A DNA stretch of 64,000 nucleotides from Terriglobia bacterium. Its GTDB lineage: Bacteria > Acidobacteriota > Terriglobia > Versatilivoradales > Versatilivoraceae. Within the stretch, counting starts at the first letter, position 1; each line of letters begins with the position of its first letter. A program made the position numbers and the translations under genes. The notes beneath the pieces are model-generated. The model had not been told where the DNA came from and searched no databases. It worked only from the letters and a program-made list of their open reading frames with translations. This document shows, one piece after another, positions 8,255-19,200 of this stretch. The DNA is taken from positions 837,136 to 901,135 of the forward strand of contig OX638355.1 of assembly GCA_951813285.1 (NCBI GenBank), in the 5' to 3' direction.

Positions 8255-11200
8255 TCAGAAGCGCAGGCTGAGCCCCACCTGCGCGCGCCGGGTGTCGCCG
8301 AGACCGCTGCGGAGCGTACCGTCGAAGTTGTAGAGGAGCGAGCCGACGGCGGGGTCGACGAAGTTGTCGGTGTTGGTCAGGTTGAAGATCTCGAAGATCG
8401 GCTCGATGGCGGCGGCGCCGAGCGAGAAACGGCGCGACACCCGCAGATCCCAGGAAAAGAACTCATTCTGCCGCCGCAGCGTGTTGCGTGTCAGGATGGA
8501 ACCGTCGGCGCAGATCCGGTCGGCCGGCTGGGCGGCCCGCTCGCCCCGGTTGGCGCACTGCTCGGAGACCGGCGACGGGGACAGGTAGCGCACCACCTGG
8601 CTCAACTGCACCTGCGCCGGGAGGGTGGCCAGGAAGTATCCGCTCACCTGGTGCCGCCGGTCGCGATCCGACCAGCCGTACTCCGGCGCCAGGTTGGCGG
8701 CGTGAGCGTACCGGAGCACGAACGGATCGCGCTCGTTGTCGTCGTCGGAGCGATCGAACGCCAGCGTGTAGTGCGTCTCGAAGGTGATGGGCCAGCCGCC
8801 CAGGCCGCTACGCCCGCGCAGTCCCGCGGTGAGCGCGTGATAGCGGGAGCGGGCGCTGCTCTCGGTGACGGTCAGCGCGTTGATGCCGCCGCCGTCCGGG
8901 TGCGTCCCGATCCCGAAGGGCGCCCCCAGGACCCCATCGTTGCGGTTGACGAAGCGGAAGAGGTTGTCGGTGCGGGCCTGGATGTACCCCGCGCTGGCGA
9001 CAACGCCGAGCCCCAGGTCCTGGTCGAGGGTGGCGCTGAACGACCAGGTGCGCGGCAGCTCCAGATCGCGGTCCGCCACATGGATGTCCGGCAGGAACGG
9101 CGGTGACGCCGAGGTGTCGATCTGCTCGTCGATGGCAGGGACCGGACCCAGCCCCGGAGCGTTGCTGCTGCGAAAGAGGATCTGCTGGAAGGCGCCGTTG
9201 GTGGTCCGGTGCTGGGCGAATACGAGCATCGGGATGCGGGCGACGTAGGATCCGGCGTTGGCCCGCAGCACGGTGCGGCCCTTGCCGGCCAGGTCCCAGG
9301 CAAGCCCCAAGCGGGGCTGAAGGTTGTCGAGGTCATGCGGAATCCGGCCATCGGACGGGAACAGTGGATCGTCCAGGTAGGGAGCGAAGAAGGTGTCGGC
9401 CGGCTCGATGAACACATCCGGGTGCCAAGCGCCGTCCCAGCGCAGCCCCAGGTCCAGGGTCACCCGTTGGTGCGGATGCCAGGTGTCCTGAACGAACAGG
9501 CCCAGTTCGTGCATGGGGAACTGTTGGAGCCCGAGTTGCTCCGCCGGGACGCCCGGGACCGTCGCCGACTGCAGGTAGAGCAGAACCGGCCCGGCGATGG
9601 CGGAGCCGGCCGGACAGACTCCGTGCAGGCTGGTCGATCCGTCCGCGCAGGTGACGTAGCGGCTGCCCTGGGTGACGAAGCCGATGAAGCCCTCGACCGA
9701 ATCGAACAGGTAGCGGCTGTTGGCCATCCCGATGAACTGCTGGCGGACGCCGGTCCGGTTGTACTCCACCCCGGCCTTGACCAGGTGCGTGCCGGCGGCG
9801 AAGGAGAGATTGTCCACCAGCTGAAAGCGCGTGTCGAACGCCGGATCGATCGGCAGGAAGAAGGGCAGCCCGATGCGGAAGCCGTCGTCGAAGTCCATGG
9901 CGATGTCGGGAAAGGGCCGGCCGCCCAGCTCGGCGAACTGGGGTGGTCCGGGCAGGCGCGCGCCGGGGAGCAGTGGTCCCCGGTACCCGCGCGGCCGGTC
10001 CTCGCGCGCGCCCTGCAGGCGCAGCTCGTTGGAGAGGGCGTCGCTCAACAGCGAGCGCAGACTGGCGTTGACCGCGTGCGAGCCATCCCCCTCGATCCCG
10101 TTGGCCGAAGCGCCCCAGGAATCGACGTCGAAGGTGCCGTTCACCTGCTCCGACCAGGTGTAGTTGTACTTGACCGAGGCCTGCTGGCGGCCGCCCAGGT
10201 TCAGATCGAGCTTGGCCAGCAGCGAGCGTGCGTCGTCGGTGCGCCGGATCGGACCGAATTCGTCGTCGAACAGCCCCGGCCAGCGTGCCTGCAGAAAGCG
10301 CTCCAGGCGCTGCAGGTTGGCCGGATTGCGGACGCGGCGGGTCGCCTGCTTGGTCTCGGCGGCCGCCTGCTGGTCGTAGGCCAGGAAGAAGAACGTCCGG
10401 TCGCGAACGAGCGGCCCTCCCAGTGTCCCGCCCACCTGATTGCGGTGAAAGTCGGTGCGCCCGCCGCCGCGCGATTCCGGAAACGGGGCGGCGATCTCGT
10501 CCCATTGCCCGAAGTAGTGGGCGGAGCCGGCCAGCCGGTTGGTGCCCGACTTGGTGATCACGTTGACGAAGCCGCCTGAGGAGCGGCCGAACTCGGCGGT
10601 GGCGCCCTGATTCACCACCACCAGTTCCTCGATGGCGTCCTGATTGAAGGTGAAGGCCGGACGCTGGCCGCCGCGCTGCTCGCCGAAGAAGGGGTTGTTG
10701 AAATCCGCTCCGTCGACGATGAAGTTATTGAAGATGCCGCGCTGGCCGGCGATGTTGAGCGCGTCGCCGTCCGGCCCCTGCGAGATGGACGCGCCCGGGG
10801 TGAGCAGCGTCAGCGTCATGAAGTTGCGGCCGTTGCTCGGGACCCGATCCACCACATCCTCCAGAACGCGCTGCGAGCTGGTGACGTCGGCGGTGTCGAG
10901 CGTTGGCTCCAGTTCGCTGACGACGGTGATGGTCTCGGTCGTCACGATCTTGAGCGCGACGGCCAAGTCGAGCATTTCCCCGACGCGCAGCCTGGCGCCT
11001 TCGATGCGCTCTGTGCTGAAGGCGTCGGTCGCCGCCTTCACGGTCAGGTCGTAGGTCCCCGGCGGCAGCAGGGTGCGCGCAAACGTCCCGGACGACGAGG
11101 TCTCCACGGTGGTCCGGAAGTCGGTCTCCCGGTGCCGCAGAACAACCACCACCCCCTCAACCGGATCGCCGAGCGGATCACGGACCGTGCCGCGGATGGT

Positions 11201-11329
11201 GCCGGTGGTCGTCCCGGCCTGAGCGGCCACCGCGGGGGCGGTCTGGTGGAGGAGCATCGTGGCCAGCAACGCGGCCGCGATGGTGAAGAGGAGACGGCTC
11301 GAGAAGCTGATGGCGCATGTGTTCGGCAT
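8255..11329 (-). CDS. TonB-dependent receptor (CarboxypepD_reg N-terminus, Oar-like)
   Basis: Signal peptide, GTIRGTVRD...LPPGTYDLTV, PSNGRNF, AEFGRSSGGFVNVITKSGTN, FVQDTW, C-terminal Phe. Start uncertain. Confidence 0.93.
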   Translation of the reverse strand: MPNTCAISFSSRLLFTIAAALLATMLLHQTAPAVAAQAGTTTGTIRGTVRDPLGDPVEGVVVVLRHRETDFRTTVETSSSGTFARTLLPPGTYDLTVKAATDAFSTERIEGARLRVGEMLDLAVALKIVTTETITVVSELEPTLDTADVTSSQRVLEDVVDRVPSNGRNFMTLTLLTPGASISQGPDGDALNIAGQRGIFNNFIVDGADFNNPFFGEQRGGQRPAFTFNQDAIEELVVVNQGATAEFGRSSGGFVNVITKSGTNRLAGSAHYFGQWDEIAAPFPESRGGGRTDFHRNQVGGTLGGPLVRDRTFFFLAYDQQAAAETKQATRRVRNPANLQRLERFLQARWPGLFDDEFGPIRRTDDARSLLAKLDLNLGGRQQASVKYNYTWSEQVNGTFDVDSWGASANGIEGDGSHAVNASLRSLLSDALSNELRLQGAREDRPRGYRGPLLPGARLPGPPQFAELGGRPFPDIAMDFDDGFRIGLPFFLPIDPAFDTRFQLVDNLSFAAGTHLVKAGVEYNRTGVRQQFIGMANSRYLFDSVEGFIGFVTQGSRYVTCADGSTSLHGVCPAGSAIAGPVLLYLQSATVPGVPAEQLGLQQFPMHELGLFVQDTWHPHQRVTLDLGLRWDGAWHPDVFIEPADTFFAPYLDDPLFPSDGRIPHDLDNLQPRLGLAWDLAGKGRTVLRANAGSYVARIPMLVFAQHRTTNGAFQQILFRSSNAPGLGPVPAIDEQIDTSASPPFLPDIHVADRDLELPRTWSFSATLDQDLGLGVVASAGYIQARTDNLFRFVNRNDGVLGAPFGIGTHPDGGGINALTVTESSARSRYHALTAGLRGRSGLGGWPITFETHYTLAFDRSDDDNERDPFVLRYAHAANLAPEYGWSDRDRRHQVSGYFLATLPAQVQLSQVVRYLSPSPVSEQCANRGERAAQPADRICADGSILTRNTLRRQNEFFSWDLRVSRRFSLGAAAIEPIFEIFNLTNTDNFVDPAVGSLLYNFDGTLRSGLGDTRRAQVGLSLRF

Positions 11330-11574
11330 GGCTTGACGCAGCGCGACAGGATTGTGGCAACTCGGCCGCTTCCTCGCCCGGGGAGCGGGGAACGGAGTAC
11401 GGCCGCTTGATAGTATACTGAACCGCGGTCCGCCCAATGCCGGCGCGATTCGTGCCTCCCAAACCCGAGGGCGCGAACAGCCGGTTGACTCGCGTCCAAC
11501 TCGTCCTGGCCCCTGGCGGGTAGAAGTCGCGACGAGCCCTGGCGGAGTTTCTTCAGGCGCTTTCAACTTGGCTC

Positions 11575-11603
11575 ACGGTATGATGACCGGCGCCGGGTGT
11601 CAA
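11575..11603 (-). promoter_or_regulatory. sigma70-type promoter for the TonB receptor
   Basis: TTGACA-17 nt-TACCGT on the minus strand. Confidence 0.55.
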
Positions 11604-11625
11604 GCGACACACGCGACACGGGGGA

Positions 11626-11655
11626 CTTCGCGTTTATTCGTGTCCATTCGTGGTT
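11626..11655. repeat. short REP-like tandem (TTCGyG, 10-nt period x3)
   Basis: TTCGCGTTTA TTCGTGTCCA TTCGTGG; same core and period as the tract at 31601-31640. Confidence 0.5.
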
Positions 11656-11785
11656 CGTCGTTGTTGTCGATTGGGTGTATTTCCGCGAATGAGCCGCACG
11701 ACAGGGCGGGGGGACGGCTGACCCGGAACTCGGAACCGCCATTGTCTCCCCCCGAGCGGAATCAAGAAGGAGCTGTTGCCGACCG

Positions 11786-14653
11786 ATGTTGGAAGGACGC
11801 TATCTCGACCTGTTCCAGGACCTTTCCGGAATCATTCCCGGTGAGCGGCTCATCCGGGACGACCTGCGCACCCTGGCCTACGGGACGGACGCCAGCTTCT
11901 ACCGCCTGATCCCCAAGCTGGTGGTCCGGGTCGACACCGAAGCCGAGGTGGGGGAAGTCCTCAGGCAGTGCCGCGCCCACCGGCTGCCACTCACCTTTCG
12001 CGCGGGAGGAACCAGCCTCTCGGGGCAGTCCCTCAGCGACTCGGTGCTGATGCAGTTGGGCACGGGGTGGCGGGGGATCCGGATCGAGGACGAGGGCAGG
12101 CTCATCACCTTGCAGCCCGGCGTAGTCGGCGCCCACGCCAACGCCCGCCTGGCTCCCTACCGGCGCAAGATCGGGCCCGACCCGGCTTCCATCAACGCCG
12201 CCATGGTGGGTGGCATCGCCGCCAACAACGCCAGCGGCATGTGTTGCGGCACCTCCCAGAACAGCTATCGCACCCTGGAGGGCATGAGGATCATCCTTGC
12301 CGACGGCACCGGTCTGGACACCCGCAGCCAGGCCAGCAGGGATCGATTCCGCCAGGCCCGACCGGACCTGGTGGAACGCATCGGACGACTGGCGGAGCGG
12401 ACTCGGCAGAACGGGGAACTGGCCGGGCGGATTCGCCGCAAGTTCAAAATGAAGAACACCACCGGCTACAGCCTGAACGCCCTGATCGATTTCGAAGATC
12501 CCCTCGACGTGATCCAGCACCTGATGATCGGGTCCGAAGGCACCTTGGGCTTCATCTCCGAAATCACCTACCGGACGGTGCCCGACCATCCCCACAAGGC
12601 CACCGCCCTGATCCTCTTCCCGGATATCAGGACCGCCTGTGAAGCCACCACCCTGTTAAGGAACTGTCCCGTCTCGGCGGTCGAGATCATGGACCGGGCC
12701 GGACTGCGCTCGGTGGAAGACAAGCCCGGCCTGCCCCTGGACCTGAAGAATCTGGACCCGTCGGTGGCAGCCCTGCTGGTCGAGACCCGGGGGGAAACAC
12801 CCGAAGACCTGGACCGGCACCTGGGAGCTACCACCCGAAGCCTGGCCGATCTGCCTACGGTGGAGCCGGTCGCCTTCACCCGGGACCCCGCCGAGCAGCT
12901 CCGCCTCTGGAACATCCGCAAGGGTCTTTTCCCCTCCATAGGGGCTATCCGGGAAATCGGGACCACCGTCATCATCGAAGACGTGGCCTTCCCCATCGAC
13001 CGTCTGGCCGAAGCCACCCTGCAGCTCCAGCAACTCTTCCGCAAGCACCACTACTCGGAAGCCATCATCTTCGGGCACGCCCTGGAGGGCAATCTCCATT
13101 TCGTCTTCACCCAGGATTTCAACCGCCCCGAGGAAGTTCGCCGCTATCGGGACTTCATCGACGACCTCACCGAAATGGTGGTTCGCAGCTACGACGGCTC
13201 GCTCAAGGCGGAGCACGGCACCGGCCGCAATATGGCCCCCTTCGTGGAGTTGGAGTGGGGGGCCGAAGCCTACAGGCTGATGCGGGAGATCAAGGCCGTC
13301 TTCGATCCCGAAAACCTTCTCAACCCGGGGGTGATCCTCAACAGCGACCCCCGGATCCACCTCAAGAACCTCAAGCCCCTGCCCAAGGCCCACTCGGTGG
13401 TCGACAAGTGCACCGAATGCGGTTTCTGCGAGGTCAACTGCCCCTCCCGGGACCTGACCCTTACCCCTCGCCAACGGATCGCGGTCTGGCGTGAGATCTC
13501 CCGGCTCCGATCCGGCGGCGGCAACCCCGCTCGACTGGTCGAGCTGACCGGCCGCTACGCCTACCAGGGCAACGCCACCTGCGCTACCGACGGACTGTGC
13601 GCCATGGCCTGCCCGGTCAACATCGACACGGGCAAGCTCATCAAGGACCTGCGGCGCCTTGAGATTCCCGCATGGCAGGACCGGACCGCCACCTTGCTGG
13701 CCGACCACTTCGGACTGGTTACGGCCTCGCTGCGGATGCTGTTGACCGCCACCCACCAGTTCCATCGGCTGTTGGGCCCGGAAGGCATGCGGCAAGTCAC
13801 GAATTGGGCCCGGAAGTTTTCCGGGGACAGGCTGCCGCAATGGAATCCCTACCTGCCCGGGGCCGCCGAAGTCTTGACCGCCTCGGGAGAGGACGGCCGG
13901 TCTCCCTTGAAGGCAGTCTACTTCCCCAGCTGTCTCAGCCGGACGCTGGGCGTTGCCGGCGACAGTGGGGGCCAGCCCTCTCAGAACCGCAAGTTGGAGT
14001 TGCTGATGCGCAAGGCGGGCGTGGAGCCGGTCTATCCGGAAAACCTGGACAGCCTCTGCTGCGGGATGCCCTTTGCCAGCAAGGGATTCGAGCGGCAGGG
14101 AGCCCGCAAGCAGGAGGAGTTGCAGCGGGCTTTGAACCTGGCTTCCCGCGACGGCCGCTATCCCGTTCTGGTGGACACCAGCCCCTGTCTCTTTCGCCTG
14201 AAGGAATCGGCTCACTTCGACCCGGAGTTTTCCATCTACGAGCCGGCGGAGTTTATTCTGAAGGTACTGCGGCCGGGACTCACCTTCAGCAAGAGCGCCG
14301 GCCCGGTGGCCCTGCACAGCCCCTGCAGCTCCCGCAAGATGGGGCTGGACAGCTCCTTGCGACAGGTCGCCGAACTCTGCTCCGAGGAGGTCATCGTGCC
14401 CGATAGCGTGGGCTGCTGCGGATTCGCCGGAGACCGGGGCTTCAGCCATCCGGAGCTGACCGCCTCAGCCCTCGGCCCCCTGAAGGCCTCCCTGCCGTCC
14501 AGCTGCCCGGTGGGCTACTCCACCAGCAAGACCTGCGAGATCGGACTGTCGCTGCACGCCCGCATCCCCTATCAGTCGATTGCTTATCTGGTGGATGAGT
14601 GCACGGAAGGGCGGGTCCGGCAGGGTGGGGAAGAGGACTCCGGGGACGGGTAA
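11786..14653 (+). CDS. FAD-binding and Fe-S D-lactate dehydrogenase (Dld-II type)
   Basis: TDASFYRLIP, FRAGGTSLSGQ, GHALEGNLHF, KAEHGTG, CTECGFCEVNCP ferredoxin motif, two CCG domains. Confidence 0.9.
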   Translation: MLEGRYLDLFQDLSGIIPGERLIRDDLRTLAYGTDASFYRLIPKLVVRVDTEAEVGEVLRQCRAHRLPLTFRAGGTSLSGQSLSDSVLMQLGTGWRGIRIEDEGRLITLQPGVVGAHANARLAPYRRKIGPDPASINAAMVGGIAANNASGMCCGTSQNSYRTLEGMRIILADGTGLDTRSQASRDRFRQARPDLVERIGRLAERTRQNGELAGRIRRKFKMKNTTGYSLNALIDFEDPLDVIQHLMIGSEGTLGFISEITYRTVPDHPHKATALILFPDIRTACEATTLLRNCPVSAVEIMDRAGLRSVEDKPGLPLDLKNLDPSVAALLVETRGETPEDLDRHLGATTRSLADLPTVEPVAFTRDPAEQLRLWNIRKGLFPSIGAIREIGTTVIIEDVAFPIDRLAEATLQLQQLFRKHHYSEAIIFGHALEGNLHFVFTQDFNRPEEVRRYRDFIDDLTEMVVRSYDGSLKAEHGTGRNMAPFVELEWGAEAYRLMREIKAVFDPENLLNPGVILNSDPRIHLKNLKPLPKAHSVVDKCTECGFCEVNCPSRDLTLTPRQRIAVWREISRLRSGGGNPARLVELTGRYAYQGNATCATDGLCAMACPVNIDTGKLIKDLRRLEIPAWQDRTATLLADHFGLVTASLRMLLTATHQFHRLLGPEGMRQVTNWARKFSGDRLPQWNPYLPGAAEVLTASGEDGRSPLKAVYFPSCLSRTLGVAGDSGGQPSQNRKLELLMRKAGVEPVYPENLDSLCCGMPFASKGFERQGARKQEELQRALNLASRDGRYPVLVDTSPCLFRLKESAHFDPEFSIYEPAEFILKVLRPGLTFSKSAGPVALHSPCSSRKMGLDSSLRQVAELCSEEVIVPDSVGCCGFAGDRGFSHPELTASALGPLKASLPSSCPVGYSTSKTCEIGLSLHARIPYQSIAYLVDECTEGRVRQGGEEDSGDG

Positions 14654-14669
14654 GGCATCGGGGCCGGTC

Positions 14670-14945
14670 TCACCCCTTCTGCTCCCGGTCAACCTCCGCG
14701 CTTGCCAGGACCTCATAGAGGGAAGCCGCTTCGATCCTTCGGGTGTCTGAGCCGGGCAGGCGAGCCACCTTCACCCTCAGCGTTCCAAGCCTCTGACGGC
14801 ACTCGATCAGATCCCCGACCTTGATCGACTTGCCCCCCTTCGACACCTGCCCGTTGACCGAGACCGCTCCCGCCGCGCAGGCTTGCTGAGCCAAGGTCCG
14901 GCGGGAGATCAGTCGCGACCTCTTCAGGAAAAGGTCAAGCCGCAT
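14670..14945 (-). CDS. S4 RNA-binding domain protein (Hsp15/RqcP-like)
   Basis: MRLDLFLKRSRLISRRTLAQQAC..G.V.VNG...K....KVGD. Confidence 0.88.
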   Translation of the reverse strand: MRLDLFLKRSRLISRRTLAQQACAAGAVSVNGQVSKGGKSIKVGDLIECRQRLGTLRVKVARLPGSDTRRIEAASLYEVLASAEVDREQKG

Positions 14946-14980
14946 GGATTGGGGTGGGCGATGGTTGGATGGGCGGGAAC

Positions 14981-16060
14981 TTACTTCTTCTGTTGTCCCT
15001 CGAAGGCCGCGGGCGGGGGCTCCTCGCCGACAGGCCGATCCCCGTCGGCAGAGGCGGTCGCCACCTCGGCCCCGCTGTCCAGGTAGCCTTCCTTGAGACG
15101 GATGTAGCTCTGGCGGCGCAGCTTCTCCATATACTTCCCAACGGCCGGGACCGCCTTGTCCTCAACCAGCTTGTTGCGGATCTGATCCGTGACCACGTCC
15201 AGGGGTTGAATGCCGGCCACGTTTTTTTCGATCACCTTGAAGATGCGAAAGCCCCCCTGGCCTTCCACAATGTCGGTGATCTGACCTCGCCGCAGGGAAA
15301 AGACCATATCCTCGATCTCCTTCAGCAGCATTCCTCTGCGGAAGAATCCCAGGTCCCCTACCTGCTTGGCGGTCGGCCCGTCGGAATACTGGGCCACCAG
15401 ATCGCCGAACAACTCTCCGCCCCTGGCTTTCTCCAGCACTTCCTCGGCCCTCATCCGGAGCCGATTGACTTCGGAAGGATCCTTTCCGTTGGAGGCGATC
15501 AGAATCTCCTGCAGCCGCACCTGTTCCGGCCGATCGAACTTTTCCCGGTTGGCCTCGTAGAAGGCCTTGATTTCCTCGGTCGAAACCTGGATGCGATAGT
15601 AGACCTCCCGCCCCAGAACCTGTTCTCTCAGGCTCTGCTCCTTGATTCTCTTTCTGAACTCGGCGGGATTGATGCCCTGACCGCGCATCTCCTGCTCCAG
15701 GGCTTCGATGCTGGGGAGATTGTTCTCTTTTCGAACCCGGTCCAGATACTTGATGACGTCGGTATCGGCGGTCATCCCCAGTTCCACTGCCTTCTGCACC
15801 AGGAGCCGTTCCTCGATCATGTTCTTGAGCAGATCCTTTTCGCCCTCGCGCACCGCCTGCGCCAGTTCTTCGCCGGAGAGTTCTTTCTGAGCCTGGACCC
15901 GGAGCTTGAGCAGATTCGCGGCCTCCTCGTACTCCGATTTGCTGATGATGTCGTTGTTGACCCGGCAGATGATCTCCTCGAAGACGATGGTTTCCGCCAG
16001 AGACGTGCCGGACAGCAGCAGCACTCCAGCCAGCACCCCGTGAGAAAGCCTTGTCTTCAT
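14981..16060 (-). CDS. SurA/PrsA-like parvulin peptidyl-prolyl isomerase
   Basis: Signal peptide, EEIICRVNNDII SurA N-domain, FGDLVAQYSD..GDLGF rotamase motif; strong SD before ATG 16060. Confidence 0.88.
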   Translation of the reverse strand: MKTRLSHGVLAGVLLLSGTSLAETIVFEEIICRVNNDIISKSEYEEAANLLKLRVQAQKELSGEELAQAVREGEKDLLKNMIEERLLVQKAVELGMTADTDVIKYLDRVRKENNLPSIEALEQEMRGQGINPAEFRKRIKEQSLREQVLGREVYYRIQVSTEEIKAFYEANREKFDRPEQVRLQEILIASNGKDPSEVNRLRMRAEEVLEKARGGELFGDLVAQYSDGPTAKQVGDLGFFRRGMLLKEIEDMVFSLRRGQITDIVEGQGGFRIFKVIEKNVAGIQPLDVVTDQIRNKLVEDKAVPAVGKYMEKLRRQSYIRLKEGYLDSGAEVATASADGDRPVGEEPPPAAFEGQQKK

Positions 16061-16299
16061 GGTCCCTCCTCCTCGTACTCCGCTGCCGGGCAGAACCCGG
16101 ATCTTGCCTTCAAGCGCATACCCGATGTTAACCGAAAACTCCCCGGAAGTTAACCCGCACGTGTCACAGGGGGTGTAGGACCAATTGCGGGGAAAGGAGT
16201 GTAGCGCATTCCGGCAGCAGTGTGCCAGGCGGGTGCAGACCGCATACATCCTTTAAACCAGAAACCGCAAACATGGTTTACATGCTGCGGACGGAGGAC

Positions 16300-19200
16300 T
16301 CAGGAAGCCAGTTCGCCCAGCAACCCTTGCACCGAGGAAAGCACCTCCCCCTGGGAGACGCCTGCCGACCGAAGCCTCAATTGACCTCCCGGGCCCACCG
16401 AGAGTCCGGGGACGCTGGAGACGGTTTCCACCAGCTTGTGGGGCGGTATGGGGGTTCTGGGGTGAAAGGTGATGGCGATGCCCTGACGATCTCTCTCCAT
16501 CGACTGCACCAGAGTCTTTTCCGCCAGACGGCGCACTCTCATGTATTGCAGGAGCCTCTCAACGTCCTCGGGCAGCGGTCCGTAGCGGTCCTCCAGCTCC
16601 TCCCGGAGGGCATCCATCTCAGCGTCCACCTTCAGGGAGGAGATGCGCTTATAGACGCTCAGCCGTTGATTTTCCTCGGGGATGTAGTCCGGCGGGATTT
16701 TGACGCTCAACTTGAGATCGATCCGGGTCTGGATCTCGGGCAGGACTTCCTGGCCCTGGAGTTCCCGAATGGTCCGCTCCAGCATTTGACAGTAGAGATC
16801 GAAGCCGATGGCGTTGACATGCCCATGCTGTTCCCCGCCCAGCAGGTTGCCCGCACCCCTCAGCTCCAGGTCCAGGGCCGCCACCTTGAAACCCGATCCC
16901 AGCTCGCTGAACTCTTTCAACGCCGCCAGCCGCTGCCGCGCGATGCCCGAGAGCGTCTGCCGCGGCGGGACCAGCAGATAGGCATAGGCGCGGCGGCTGG
17001 AACGGCCCACCCGTCCCCGCAACTGGTAGAGCTGAGAGAGACCGAACCGGTCGGCTCGATTGACGATCATGGTGTTGACCAGAGGGATGTCCAGGCCGTT
17101 TTCAATAATCGTGGTGGAAACAAGCACGTCGGACTCGTGCCTCAGGAACTTCAGCAGGGTGGTTTCCAGATCCTTCTCCTTCATCTGGCCGTGAGCTACC
17201 AGCAGTCGGGCTTCAGGGCAGATTTCCCCGAGCATTGCGGCAATGGAATCGATGGTCTCCACCTGGTTGTGGACAAAAAAGACCTGTCCCTGGCGTTCCA
17301 GTTCGTTTCTGATGGCGTTTTGGATGACCTGGCGACTGAAGGGCAGCACCGCGGTCTGTATGGCCAGGCGATCCCGGGGTGGAGTCTCGATCACCGACAT
17401 GTCCCGGATGCCCGTCAACGACATGTGCAATGTTCTCGGAATGGGGGTGGCCGTCATGGTGAGGGTGTCGACGTTCTTCTTCAACTGCCTCAGCCTCTCC
17501 TTGTGAGCCACCCCGAAGCGCTGCTCCTCGTCCACGACCAACAGGCCCAGGTCCCGAAACCGGATGTCCTTGGAAAGCATGCGATGGGTGCCGATGAGGA
17601 TGTCGACCTTGCCGGTGGCCACCCGCTCCAGGATGGCCTTCTGTTCCCTGGGGCTCCGGAATCGGCTCAACATCTCAATGGTGATGGGAAACGCGGTAAA
17701 GCGCTGCCTGAAGCGCAGGTAGTGCTGGTAAACCAGGATGGTCGTAGGCGCCAGGACTGCCGACTGCTTGCCGTCGAAGGCGGCCTTGAAGGCCGCGCGC
17801 ATGGCCACCTCGGTCTTGCCGAAGCCCACGTCTCCACAGAGCAGCCGGTCCATGGGGCTGCTCAATTCCATGTCCCGGTAGAGGTCTCGAATGGCCTCCC
17901 TTTGATCCGGGGTCTCGGTGAACTCGAAAGCATCTTCGAATTCCTGATGCCAGTGGCTGTTGGCGGCAAAGCGGTATCCCGGCGCGATCCTTCTCCGGGC
18001 ATAGAGATCGAGCAGTTCCTCGGCCATGTCCCGGATGGACTTGCGGGCGCGGGCCTTGGCTCGTTTCCAGCTCACTCCTCCCAGCTTGTCCAGGGGAGGG
18101 TGGGCGCTTTCGCCGCTGCTGTGCTTTTGAACCAGGTCCATCCGCTCCAGAGGGACGTAAAGCCGGGCTTCGTCGAAATACTCCAGGATCATGAACTCCT
18201 GGTTCACTCCATCGCGGTCGATCTGCTTGAGCCCCCGGTAGCGGCCGATACCGTGGTCGACGTGCACCAGGTAGTCCCCCGGACTCAGCTCGCGGAAGTC
18301 CGATACGAAGGTCCCGCTTCTGGACCTGGATGGGGCCGGGTGGGAGAGGTACTCCACTTCATCGAAGACATCCTCGTCCCCGAAGACGCTGATCCCGGAG
18401 GAGCGGTGGCGGAATCCTTCCAGGACGTGGCCGACCACCACGGTGATTCGGGCAGGTGTCCCATCGGCCGGTCGGTCCTTGGCACCGAAATCGGAAACGA
18501 CAGGGAGATCGTATTCCCGCAGCATTTCCGCCAGGCGCTCGGCCCTTCCCAGGGAAGACTGCGCGAACAGCAGTCGAACGCCGGCTTCCAGCCACTGGCG
18601 CAGGTCCCGTGCCAGGCTTGCGATATCGCCGTGGTACTTTCGGAGGGTGGCCGTGTGGCAGTCAATGTGGATTGGGGGTGGATCGGCGGCCGCTGGAGAC
18701 CCTGAATCGACCGCTCCGTCAGCCGTCTTGCCCGCGGAGGGGGACGAGGCAAGGGAGAGATCCGGCGGCTGGCCGGGGGCGGTTCCCAGTTGCTGCAGGT
18801 CGATGACCGGACGGCCCTCCAGCCGTTCCCCGACCTCGGCCAGGGAAAGAAACAGGTCTTCCGGATTCAAGCTGGGCCACCCGCGCCGGCTGAGCGCCTC
18901 CCGGTCCCCGGCCATTTCCGCCCACCAGTGGCGCAGCCCCTCCTCCAGCTCGTCCGGCTCATCTCTCACCACCACGAAATCGCCCGCGAAGTCCAGAAAC
19001 GGCATCTGCAGCGGAAGCGTCAGCCCGTGCAGGAACTCGAAACCCTGGAAGTGCTCCCCCCGGCTTGCCTGCACGAGCTGGGTCTCGAAGAAGGCCGGAT
19101 AGTCCCCGGGAGACCATCTCTCGGAAGCCGCCCGGCTCCACTCCCGCAGAGCCCCGGGATCCACAAAGGCCTCTCTCATTGGAACGGGAGTCACGCTCTC

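Noticed and set aside
11330-11574. Cobalamin or TPP riboswitch before the TonB receptor
   Set aside because: No GGGAA..GCCACTG B12 box or CTGAGA TPP core recognised.
16222-18705. 827-aa plus-strand ORF and similar long antisense ORFs (e.g. 9209-10579, 12656-14449, 28045-29670)
   Set aside because: Shadow frames opposite well-supported genes; expected from high GC3 and lacking family motifs.
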